In this document: positions 8,313 to 16,589 of the stretch, piece after piece
Layout: each line of letters begins with the position of its first letter
How positions within the stretch are numbered: the first letter of the stretch is position 1
NCBI GenBank assembly: GCA_002686315.1
Contig: NZBO01000005.1
Span: forward strand, 1-33,754
DNA: 33,754 nucleotides
Source: an archaeon
GTDB taxonomy: Archaea; Nanobdellota; Nanobdellia; Woesearchaeales; GW2011-AR9
Direction: 5' to 3'
Position numbers and translations under genes: made by a program
The notes under the pieces: model-generated
The model's input: the letters and a program-made list of their open reading frames with translations, nothing else
Database searches by the model: none
Told to the model about the DNA's origin: nothing

Positions 8313-8536
8313 CCCATACTTTCTTCATACTCTTTCAAACATGCATCTGAGCAGAAACCATGCATTTCACCATCTAACTCTTTTTTCACAGAATGCTCAT
8401 CATCAAGCGCTGCGTCACATTCTGAACATGTTGCAACATTTTCATCTTCCATAAATCCGCGCATAAAACCGTCTTCAGGTTGTTCTTCTTCTTGGGTTTT
8501 ATTCGACTCATCACCTTCTTGGTAGTAATCTTCCAT
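8309..8536 (-). CDS. Small acidic TRASH/YHS-type zinc-finger protein
   Basis: CSEC-x21-CSDAC fits the TRASH pattern C-x2-C-x19-22-C-x3-C, within FCSDACLKEY. The N-terminus is acidic. The stop overlaps the topoisomerase stop in a TTAA. Confidence 0.55.
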   Translation of the reverse strand: MEDYYQEGDESNKTQEEEQPEDGFMRGFMEDENVATCSECDAALDDEHSVKKELDGEMHGFCSDACLKEYEESMG

Positions 8537-8736
8537 GATCTGGCATTTCTATGGTTTGCTTTTAAATGTTTGCTTTATACCATATATGCTTTTATGTTTT
8601 TGATGAAAACTATATGTCTTTTTGGGGTGAAATAGTCTAAGATTGACAAATATGTGAACAAAGAGACAGAACTACACCACTGCCAAGTGATTAAATGAGA
8701 AACTTTTATAAAGAATGAAGACATATACAATACAAA

Positions 8737-9516
8737 ATGGCTGATGATGATAGACTTCCCAATTATAGTGAATTATTGAAAGACCTTCAAGGTATGAGAT
8801 TTGATGAGATTGAAGAAAGAAGAAGATTTGAAAGAATAGAAGATCGTTTTGATGTCACAGTTTTTGAAAAAAATATAACACCATTCTATGAAACTCCATT
8901 TTTAGGAGAACTTGATCCTGGCGTAGTTGTAATGTTCGAAGGCAAAGAGTTCATCCTTTCAGCAGGTCCAGAAAAATTTGAACCACGGCCAGACTACCTC
9001 TACCATGGCACAAGTCTTGAGGCTCTCGATCTAATTTTAGAACAGGGCACAATGAGAACTGCCGCCGATTTACATAGAAATAGAGAACTTGTGTGGGGTG
9101 AAATGAAACGAGACATGGACAGAGAGGGGAATTATGATATAGAAGGTTTAAAATATATTAATGCAGAGGCATTCGAAAAATTAGGGATAGAATTAACAGA
9201 AGAAGATAAGAGAGTTTTGGGCCATGCATATGCTGTTATGTTCGCAAACCATCCATCAGAAACACATGGTTACGTACCAGAAGATCCAGCGCAACGCGCA
9301 ATCATTGGACTACGACAATCTACGTTAGAAAGAAGTGGATACACACCTGTTGACCTTGGAGGAAGTGAAGGGATTAAAGTTGAGGGAAACATTACAATCA
9401 AACATCCTCTTGGTATGTTATTTGTACCGGCAGAGAGGGTTGAAGAGTACGAAGATAGAATTAGAGGTACATACACTGCAAGAGTCCATCCTCTCGGCGA
9501 TCTTGAATGGGATTAA
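8737..9516 (+). CDS. Hypothetical protein with ADP-ribosyltransferase-like YHGT motif
   Basis: 259-aa ORF with coding-like composition. DYLYHGTSLEALDLILEQG resembles the NAD-binding His motif of DT/ExoA/Tpt1-type ART-fold proteins. No family securely recognised. Confidence 0.55.
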   Translation: MADDDRLPNYSELLKDLQGMRFDEIEERRRFERIEDRFDVTVFEKNITPFYETPFLGELDPGVVVMFEGKEFILSAGPEKFEPRPDYLYHGTSLEALDLILEQGTMRTAADLHRNRELVWGEMKRDMDREGNYDIEGLKYINAEAFEKLGIELTEEDKRVLGHAYAVMFANHPSETHGYVPEDPAQRAIIGLRQSTLERSGYTPVDLGGSEGIKVEGNITIKHPLGMLFVPAERVEEYEDRIRGTYTARVHPLGDLEWD

Positions 9517-10662
9517 TCACTCCCGCAACACAACCCGCAATATCAACCTTTTAATCTTATTTATACTTCTCTCCCACGAAAAGGAGTACGCAGTCGTTTT
9601 CCGTGCATTACGTCCAAGTTCTTCACGTAACGACACATTATTCACTAACTTCTCTAACTTAATTGCAAGCATGGACGCACTATTTTTCGCGAAAAACATG
9701 CCATTATGATCTTTTTGAATATATTTTTGAATAAACCCTACCTTCGATGCAATAACTGGTAAACCAGACGACATCGCTTCCAAGGTCGCTAAACTAGTCG
9801 TCTCAGTAAGAGAAGGCATGACAAAAATATCCATCGCATGCAAGTAATCTTGGACATTCTCCACAAACCCAGTTACTTTACAGTTAGGTGGTAACAGCAA
9901 CTCCTTCTTAAACTCTTTCTCCCCATCGCCAACAAGAAGTAACATCAATTCTTCCTGTTCATCCAATTTCTTGAACGCCGCAACGAGCACTTCAATATTT
10001 TTTTCTCGTGATAACCTGCCAACATACCCAATAACAGTTTTAGAACGATGAATTCCTATTCGTTTCTTGGCAGCACTTTTTTCTTTCATCGGCGAGAATC
10101 GTTTAATGTCAACCCCTAACTTCGCCACTTCCATGGGAGCAGTAACACCCTCCTCTTTCAAATGTTCCACTAACCCATGGTACGGCACCAGTATTTCATC
10201 GCATTTATTATACAAAAAGATTGATAACTTCTTCACAAACGTGAAAAATATTTTTTTGATAAAACCAGGTACAAATTTTGCGAACACTTCCCATGAAATG
10301 ACGTGTGTGTAAAACACGACCTTTTTATCATATTTTCGACCGTACCACATGCTGAGATAACTAATCAATGCAGGTCCTTGCACAAAAAGACAATCAGCTT
10401 CCTTCACTGCCTTCTTAATTTTTCGAAGATTACCAAACGACATTTTCATGCTGGGATACCCTGATAAGGAAAAGTACCGTGAAGGAGCGATAAAGGTTGC
10501 AGGGTACTTTGTTTTGGGTACTACTTTTCGATACTTGGGAACAAGCAATGATACCTCAAACGAACTTCCTGCTCGATGTAAAAATTCTTTCATGAATATC
10601 AGTGTACCATCTACCTTAGGATCGTACGTGTCCGCTACCACAAGTAATTTGATATTATCCAT
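9517..10662 (-). CDS. Glycosyltransferase family 4 (GT-B fold)
   Basis: GRLSREKNIEVLVAAF and PSLTETTSLATLEAMSSGLPVIAS (the E-x7-E region) are typical GT4 motifs. The ATG shares one nucleotide with the stop of the upstream PIG-L gene. Confidence 0.85.
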   Translation of the reverse strand: MDNIKLLVVADTYDPKVDGTLIFMKEFLHRAGSSFEVSLLVPKYRKVVPKTKYPATFIAPSRYFSLSGYPSMKMSFGNLRKIKKAVKEADCLFVQGPALISYLSMWYGRKYDKKVVFYTHVISWEVFAKFVPGFIKKIFFTFVKKLSIFLYNKCDEILVPYHGLVEHLKEEGVTAPMEVAKLGVDIKRFSPMKEKSAAKKRIGIHRSKTVIGYVGRLSREKNIEVLVAAFKKLDEQEELMLLLVGDGEKEFKKELLLPPNCKVTGFVENVQDYLHAMDIFVMPSLTETTSLATLEAMSSGLPVIASKVGFIQKYIQKDHNGMFFAKNSASMLAIKLEKLVNNVSLREELGRNARKTTAYSFSWERSINKIKRLILRVVLRE

Positions 10663-11309
10663 TAGTGTATCCTGTAAAACTGTTCCCCGAACCGTTTGCG
10701 CATTTTCACCCCGTTTTTAATTGCACGATATAATAACAAAAATAACGGATAGGCAACATGAATCGCTTGACTCCGAAACGTTTTCAGCGCGCGTAATTTG
10801 TATCGAAATGATTTGGTGATATCGATGTATAACGAGGGGTAACTTGTCTTAAACGAAACAGGGTTCCAAATTGAATAGGTATATAATTCAGGTTTGACTC
10901 CGTTGATATCATTAAAGACGTTCATTGTAATTTTGTGCACAGCACGATGATCTGGATGAGGATCCTCCTGGCTGTGTGTAAATATCTTAGTAGGTTTATA
11001 TTTTGTGATAAATCCCATGATTGTTGCATGAAACTTTTTTTCCTCCGCATCTTTGATAAATTGAAATTCTTTTAGATCATAGACATATGTCTGACATCCA
11101 AGCAATTTAGAGGCATCTAATGCTTCCTTTGCCCTCATTTTCTGGATAACTGTTTCTTTCAACCATGGATGTGATTGTTCACCATATGAAAAGACGATTG
11201 AGATAACCTCTTTGCCATCATCTGTATAATTTTTGATTGCACCACCTGCACCTATTACGAAATCGTCACTATGTGCACCCATTACCAAGATCGTCTCTTT
11301 TTTAGACAT
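10662..11309 (-). CDS. PIG-L / LmbE-family N-acetylglucosaminyl deacetylase
   Basis: ILVMGAHSDDFVIGAGG (the AHxDD motif) and HPDH zinc-binding motif. Confidence 0.85.
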   Translation of the reverse strand: MSKKETILVMGAHSDDFVIGAGGAIKNYTDDGKEVISIVFSYGEQSHPWLKETVIQKMRAKEALDASKLLGCQTYVYDLKEFQFIKDAEEKKFHATIMGFITKYKPTKIFTHSQEDPHPDHRAVHKITMNVFNDINGVKPELYTYSIWNPVSFKTSYPSLYIDITKSFRYKLRALKTFRSQAIHVAYPLFLLLYRAIKNGVKMRKRFGEQFYRIH

Positions 11310-11349
11310 ATCAGGAGTAATATAGTTTTAATTTAAGAATGTTGTTGTT

Positions 11350-11721
11350 TTAGAGCGTGGTCTCTATGCTATCTCCAAAATATCGTGATCCTATCTCCCC
11401 TTTTTTCTCTATCCCATAAAACGCAGATTGCGCTCTTGCTTCGGGACCCATGAATTGCCTTCGTCGAAAATATCGAATATCTTTTTCCGTATTTTCGGAG
11501 AATGGATCACCGTTTCGTTCAAAGACACTCGCTCGAACTACAAAATAGGAATCATGATCCCGTTCTGTTAACTGCACCATCGCAACATACCGATCAGTAC
11601 GACGCATATATCTCACAACAAAACAGCCAGCCAACGCATCCAGCCCTTCTCTTTCATCTGCAAGGAACGTTTGTTCCCACCCATTTCCATCTTCTTCCCG
11701 AATATGCATACGAGCCTCCAT
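11350..11721 (-). CDS. Hypothetical protein
   Basis: 123-aa ORF with a charged, non-repetitive sequence that fills the gap between the PIG-L gene and thrS. No recognisable motif. Confidence 0.45.
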   Translation of the reverse strand: MEARMHIREEDGNGWEQTFLADEREGLDALAGCFVVRYMRRTDRYVAMVQLTERDHDSYFVVRASVFERNGDPFSENTEKDIRYFRRRQFMGPEARAQSAFYGIEKKGEIGSRYFGDSIETTL

Positions 11722-11817
11722 CAGTCCCAGATTTAAAAATGTACTGACATATTTACGCTACCATACAAAGCTCTGTTCAACGAAATGCTTATATAATTGC
11801 CATAACTCACGGTTACT

Positions 11818-13992
11818 ATGAAACTACTCGCAATCCACGCAGATTTTATCGAATTTGAAGCAAAAAAGAAAGCGTTCAAGCAGGCTGAGGAAGGTATAGA
11901 GGAAGGCAAACAGAAAGTAGAAGAATGTCTTGTTATTTTTACCGCAGTTGAGAAACGAGATGAAGATAATATGCAAGCTGTTCTGAACAGATATGAACAA
12001 GAAGTGACTAAAATAGCAGAGCAGGTAGGTGCAAAAACGATTGTACTGTACCCCTATGCGCATTTAAGTTCCTCATTATCCAATCCAGCATTTGCACAAC
12101 AATTCTTAGTGGAAGCACACAGGACATTAGCAGAGAACTACACAGTCAGTAGAGCACCATTTGGATGGTATAAAGCGTTTAACATCAGTTGCAAAGGACA
12201 TGCATTATCGGAGTTAAGTCGAGAGTTTGGACCAGAAGAAACACCAACATTAAAACGCGTTGCGAAAGATGAAAAGTTTGTGTTACATCAAGATGAATTA
12301 TCTGAAGAGCAAAAAGTAACGTACTCAACAGCAGCACTTTGCGCAGCTGCCATCATGGAGATTTATGAAGGAGCAGAAATAGGATCACTTGGATTCTACC
12401 ACGATCAGAGTTATGTTGATGTTGCGAATGTCAAATTGCGACAAGATGATTTAAATCGAATTACCAAAAAGATGAAAGAACTTAGGAGTCAGGATTTGGT
12501 ATTTGCGAAGTTAGGAAATGAATCTGTAGAAGGATTCCAGAAAGATATCAAGAATGATACACAAGGAGATGTGTACATGCTAGGGAACATCAAACTTGTG
12601 CCACTCTACCAAGACCCATTCATTTATTCGACGAAAGAGATTAATGCAATGAAGTTACTCAATACCTCTTCTGCATACTGGAAAAATAATGATACAAATC
12701 AACAGTTAGTACGGATTAATTGTATTGGTTTTACAGACCAGCAAGGATTACAAACCTGGAAAAAGAAACAAGAAGACGCGGAAAAGAGGTCTCATGTGAA
12801 GATTGGAAAAGAGTTAGGACTATTTGTTCTCTCAGACTTAGTAGGTGCTGGGTTACCACTCTTAACTGCGAAAGGAAACATTATTCGACGTGAGATTATC
12901 AATTATTTATGGGAGTTACATAACGTGAAAGAACATCATTGGGTATGGACGCCACATCTCGCGAAAGATGCGTTATACAAAACGTCAGGTCATTGGGAGA
13001 AATTTGGTGACGAATTGTTCAAAGTTCATGGAAAAGGTGATGATCAATTCGTGATAAAACCTATGAATTGCCCACATCATATGCAAATATTTGATTCAAT
13101 GTCGCTATCATACCGAGACATGCCGGTTCGTTGTTTCGAACCAGCAACAATTTATCGAGATGAGAAATCAGGTCAGTTACATGGTCTTTCGCGTGTACGA
13201 GCAATTACACAAGATGATGGACATACATTTTGTCGTGTGTCTCAAATTGAGCAAGAAGTATCGTTCATGGTTGATGTTATTCGAAAGTTCTATGCGACAA
13301 TTGGGATGAGTGATTACTGTGTCTCATTTTCGGTTCGAGGAGAAGATACAAGTAAGTACCTTGGAACAGATGAAGTGTGGGAAACTGCAGAGAATGCGCT
13401 TGAAGATGCCGCGAAAAACAACAAGTTAGACTATAAACGAGTGGAAGGAGAAGCGGCATTCTACGGTCCAAAATTAGATTTCATGTTCAATGATGCGCTT
13501 GGACGAGAATGGCAATTAAGTACGATTCAATGTGATTTCTTACAACCAGAGCGGTTCGATCTCTCATTCATGAATGAAGAGAGTCAAAAAGAGCGGCCAG
13601 TTGTCATCCATCGTGCTATTTCAGGATCAATTGAGCGATTCATGTCACTTCTCATTGAACATTTCGAAGGTAAGTTTCCATTGTGGTTGAATCCAGTACA
13701 AATTAAATTGGTAACGGTTAATGATTCACATAATGAACATGCATACAACCTTGCAGTAGAGATGAAAAAGAAACGGTTACGTGTCGAGGTAGATGATCGA
13801 GTGGAAAGTATCGGGAAAAAAGTTCGGGACGCGCAGATGCAGCATGTGAATTACATCCTTACCATTGGAGATAAAGAAGTGGAGAAAAATGTATTAGCAG
13901 TCCGAGATAGAAAGGGGAAAGTTACATTTGATGTTACAACGGACGAGTTTGTTGTGAGAACCGTAAAAATGAGAGATACACGTGTGTTATAA
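11818..13992 (+). CDS. thrS: Threonine--tRNA ligase: archaeal DTD-like editing domain, degenerate N2 (SAD) domain, and bacterial-type class II core
   Basis: The N-terminus MKLLAIHADFIEFE...YPYAHLSS...CKGHALSELSR matches the archaeal ThrRS editing domain. Residues about 165-320 align to the E. coli N2 domain (AYWKNN..NQQLVRI). The core carries KPMNCPHH, TQDDGHTFC, GEAAFYGPKLDF and VIHRAISGSIERF, followed by an anticodon-binding domain. Confidence 0.95.
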   Translation: MKLLAIHADFIEFEAKKKAFKQAEEGIEEGKQKVEECLVIFTAVEKRDEDNMQAVLNRYEQEVTKIAEQVGAKTIVLYPYAHLSSSLSNPAFAQQFLVEAHRTLAENYTVSRAPFGWYKAFNISCKGHALSELSREFGPEETPTLKRVAKDEKFVLHQDELSEEQKVTYSTAALCAAAIMEIYEGAEIGSLGFYHDQSYVDVANVKLRQDDLNRITKKMKELRSQDLVFAKLGNESVEGFQKDIKNDTQGDVYMLGNIKLVPLYQDPFIYSTKEINAMKLLNTSSAYWKNNDTNQQLVRINCIGFTDQQGLQTWKKKQEDAEKRSHVKIGKELGLFVLSDLVGAGLPLLTAKGNIIRREIINYLWELHNVKEHHWVWTPHLAKDALYKTSGHWEKFGDELFKVHGKGDDQFVIKPMNCPHHMQIFDSMSLSYRDMPVRCFEPATIYRDEKSGQLHGLSRVRAITQDDGHTFCRVSQIEQEVSFMVDVIRKFYATIGMSDYCVSFSVRGEDTSKYLGTDEVWETAENALEDAAKNNKLDYKRVEGEAAFYGPKLDFMFNDALGREWQLSTIQCDFLQPERFDLSFMNEESQKERPVVIHRAISGSIERFMSLLIEHFEGKFPLWLNPVQIKLVTVNDSHNEHAYNLAVEMKKKRLRVEVDDRVESIGKKVRDAQMQHVNYILTIGDKEVEKNVLAVRDRKGKVTFDVTTDEFVVRTVKMRDTRVL

Positions 13993-13996
13993 CTTC

Positions 13997-15937
13997 TTAC
14001 CCAAAATCATACACGCCTTCAAGTGCTTTCTTCACAATCCCTTCACAATCTTTCATGGTGTCACGCACGGTAAAATCGCCTGTCGCTTTCTTAACCTGCC
14101 CTGCCTTGTCAATGATCTGACCATAGACACGAATTAGGTCTCCCTCTAACAAATTCGTTAACGCAAGCACATCAAACATTGTTTTCCCATCATACACTGG
14201 TTTAATAAAGACAGTTACCAATTTCAAATTTTCAAATTTCTTCTCTCTTGATAAGTACGGATGACGTTTGATTTTAGTCACCAAATCTGTCAACTCTTTA
14301 TTTCCGAATGTTTTTTTGAATTTATTCATTCGTCGTGGCTCATACGCTAATGCAGCCAAGATCAAAAGTATTTGATACACGGATAAATCCCTCATAAAGT
14401 CTGTCGCAAAAATCTCACCCATCGTAATTTCATCTGCAAATATCTTCGATGAGAAACGACCTTTATCACTTAATGTATGTCCATCAATAAACCCTAACTT
14501 ATTTAATTTTTTACAGACACTATTATACCGTGCCATTAACTTTTTTGTTGGAACGGACGCATACTCCTTCCCAAACTTCTGGTAAGAAAAAAAACTTAAA
14601 CGTAGTATATGTTCAATCTCTTCATCACTATGTTGATCCACCAAATTTAAAATCGTATTTACTGATAATTTAAATTGTGATTTGATAGGTTCAATATCTT
14701 TACTTGTTAACCTTTTAATTTCAGTATAATTAAACGTTGGCCGATGAATCATACTCACCACATACCCCACTTTATCCATCCCTCGTCTCCCAGCTCGTCC
14801 TGCAATTTGAAAATATTCTTTTGTGTTAAGCATTCGAAATCCGATACCATCATACTTACGTAATGCAGCAAAACACACTGTCTTCGCTGGCATGTTAATA
14901 CCTACCGCAAACGTTTCTGTCGCATATGAGACTTTTATCAACCCTTTCCCAAACAAATCTTCCACCATCTCCTTAATTGCAGGAAGAAGACCCGCATGAT
15001 GGAATGCAATACTTCTTGGAAGGACTTCTTTCATTAAAATGGTAGATTTTAATTTATTAACATCACTTGGGACGTTCTCTAAATGCGCTCGCATTATTTT
15101 CACAATTTCACTGTTCTTTCTAAACAAACCAGTTCTGCTAAGCTGTTTCGCTTTCTCCTGTGTATCTCTTCTCGAAAACGTGAAAAACAAACATGGTAAC
15201 TTATCCATACCAAGTTCTTTAATAAGATCAACATGATCCGGTTCCGTATCTCTGTTCCGCCGTCGATCTTTACCTCTTCCTCGCCTCCTAAATACATCAT
15301 GATAGCCAGGAATACTCTTCGCATCCTTTATTTTTTTCAATGTCGTCATACCAAGTTCATAATCAAAAAATTGATGTTCGAGTGGCACGTTACGTTTCGT
15401 TGCAACAACTGTTCGAACGGTATGTCCTTTAATCGCCGAAATCCAATCACTAAACTCTTGTGCGTTCGGAATGGTTGCGGATAACGCTAAAAAACGTACC
15501 TCCGGCACGCTATAAATGATTGATTCCTCCCAGACATACCCACGCTCGATGTCATTAATATAATGCACTTCATCGAAAATGACGTAGGCAATATTTTTCA
15601 AATCCTCGTCTTTACTTATCGCCATGTTCCGGTAAATTTCTGTCGTCATGATAAGCACTTTCGCACCCGGATTTATGACGATATCACCTGTCATTAATCC
15701 TATCTTGTCTGAACCATACTCTTGTGAGAAATCTTTATATTTCTGATTTGATAATGCCTTAATAGGAGCGGTATAAATAATACGTTTCGCATCATCTTTA
15801 TGTTTATGGATGATATAATCTGCGATAAGCGTTTTCCCTGAACCAGTAGGAGCGGACACAACAACAGAATCATTCTCTTCAATCGCGGTAATCGCCTCTT
15901 CTTGAAACGGGTCAAGTGTAAATTCATGGAATTTCAT
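13997..15937 (-). CDS. Ski2/Mtr4/HelY-like DExH helicase with DSHCT-type C-terminal domain
   Basis: FQEEAI, SAPTGSGKT, DEVH, LSAT, HHAGLLP and ATETFAVGINMPA motifs. The C-terminal region has the DSHCT layout (GRFSSKIFADEITMGEIF...EGDLIRVYGQI). The start is set at MKFHEF (15935-15937), about 25 nt downstream of a TATA-like element. The track extension to 16036 overlaps the divergent gene. Confidence 0.85.
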   Translation of the reverse strand: MKFHEFTLDPFQEEAITAIEENDSVVVSAPTGSGKTLIADYIIHKHKDDAKRIIYTAPIKALSNQKYKDFSQEYGSDKIGLMTGDIVINPGAKVLIMTTEIYRNMAISKDEDLKNIAYVIFDEVHYINDIERGYVWEESIIYSVPEVRFLALSATIPNAQEFSDWISAIKGHTVRTVVATKRNVPLEHQFFDYELGMTTLKKIKDAKSIPGYHDVFRRRGRGKDRRRNRDTEPDHVDLIKELGMDKLPCLFFTFSRRDTQEKAKQLSRTGLFRKNSEIVKIMRAHLENVPSDVNKLKSTILMKEVLPRSIAFHHAGLLPAIKEMVEDLFGKGLIKVSYATETFAVGINMPAKTVCFAALRKYDGIGFRMLNTKEYFQIAGRAGRRGMDKVGYVVSMIHRPTFNYTEIKRLTSKDIEPIKSQFKLSVNTILNLVDQHSDEEIEHILRLSFFSYQKFGKEYASVPTKKLMARYNSVCKKLNKLGFIDGHTLSDKGRFSSKIFADEITMGEIFATDFMRDLSVYQILLILAALAYEPRRMNKFKKTFGNKELTDLVTKIKRHPYLSREKKFENLKLVTVFIKPVYDGKTMFDVLALTNLLEGDLIRVYGQIIDKAGQVKKATGDFTVRDTMKDCEGIVKKALEGVYDFG

Positions 15938-15960
15938 ATACTGACGGGAGAGAAGAGGGG

Positions 15961-15970
15961 TATTTAAAAC
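15961..15970. promoter_or_regulatory. Shared TATA-like element in the 64-bp divergent intergenic region (helicase / hypothetical)
   Basis: tatttaaaac lies 24-33 nt upstream of the helicase ATG (15937, minus strand) and 32-41 nt upstream of ATG 16002 (plus strand). Confidence 0.4.
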
Positions 15971-16001
15971 TAGTGGCCGATAGAAATATATATCTTTAGA
16001 T

Positions 16002-16589
16002 ATGCCTACTACTATGATAATACGAGATGACCTCATTAGCCTTCACACTGCGTATGAAGAGATGGAAAAATGGTCACGAACAATGGTGAATGATTTCACA
16101 CGTTATAAACAGGAAGGAGATTTTGAAACTACACGTGAACAATTCCTACAAACCATAGCTGGTCCGCATCAACATTTCATCAATGAGACACATCCTTTCT
16201 TGCAACGAATTTTACATGAATTACAGCAAGAGCGAAAATATAAAAAGGTACTTAACAAACTACGATTACTTGTGGAACCAACAAAAGTAGGCTTCGTGAT
16301 TAAACGAGCACCCTCTCTTCACAGTTTAGTACCGTCATCATTACCGCCTCATCTTTCTATCTTACGAACTGTGCAGGGAGAGATTTGCACAAAACATGAT
16401 CAGGGTGTTTGGTATCCCATTACACGAACATATCATGTCGGCTTGGGACAATCTCATTTTTCATTCACAATGTCTGTTCACAACATTGATAGTGTAACGA
16501 TAGACGGTGCGATCATTCTCGAAAAGTTTCTTGCAAAACAGGCAAAAAAAGCGCGAGAAGTTGTTACAGAAGCAATAGTATTACTTTAA
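16002..16589 (+). CDS. Hypothetical protein
   Basis: 195-aa ORF diverging from the helicase. Its stop overlaps the smc stop within TTTAAA. No motif recognised. Confidence 0.5.
   Translation: MPTTMIIRDDLISLHTAYEEMEKWSRTMVNDFTRYKQEGDFETTREQFLQTIAGPHQHFINETHPFLQRILHELQQERKYKKVLNKLRLLVEPTKVGFVIKRAPSLHSLVPSSLPPHLSILRTVQGEICTKHDQGVWYPITRTYHVGLGQSHFSFTMSVHNIDSVTIDGAIILEKFLAKQAKKAREVVTEAIVLL

Noticed and set aside
15938-16036. 33-codon N-terminal extension of the Ski2-like helicase ORF
   Set aside because: The extension (MRSSRIIIVVGISKDIYFYRPL...) overlaps the divergent gene start at 16002 and contains the shared TATA element. The conserved helicase N-terminus begins at MKFHEF.
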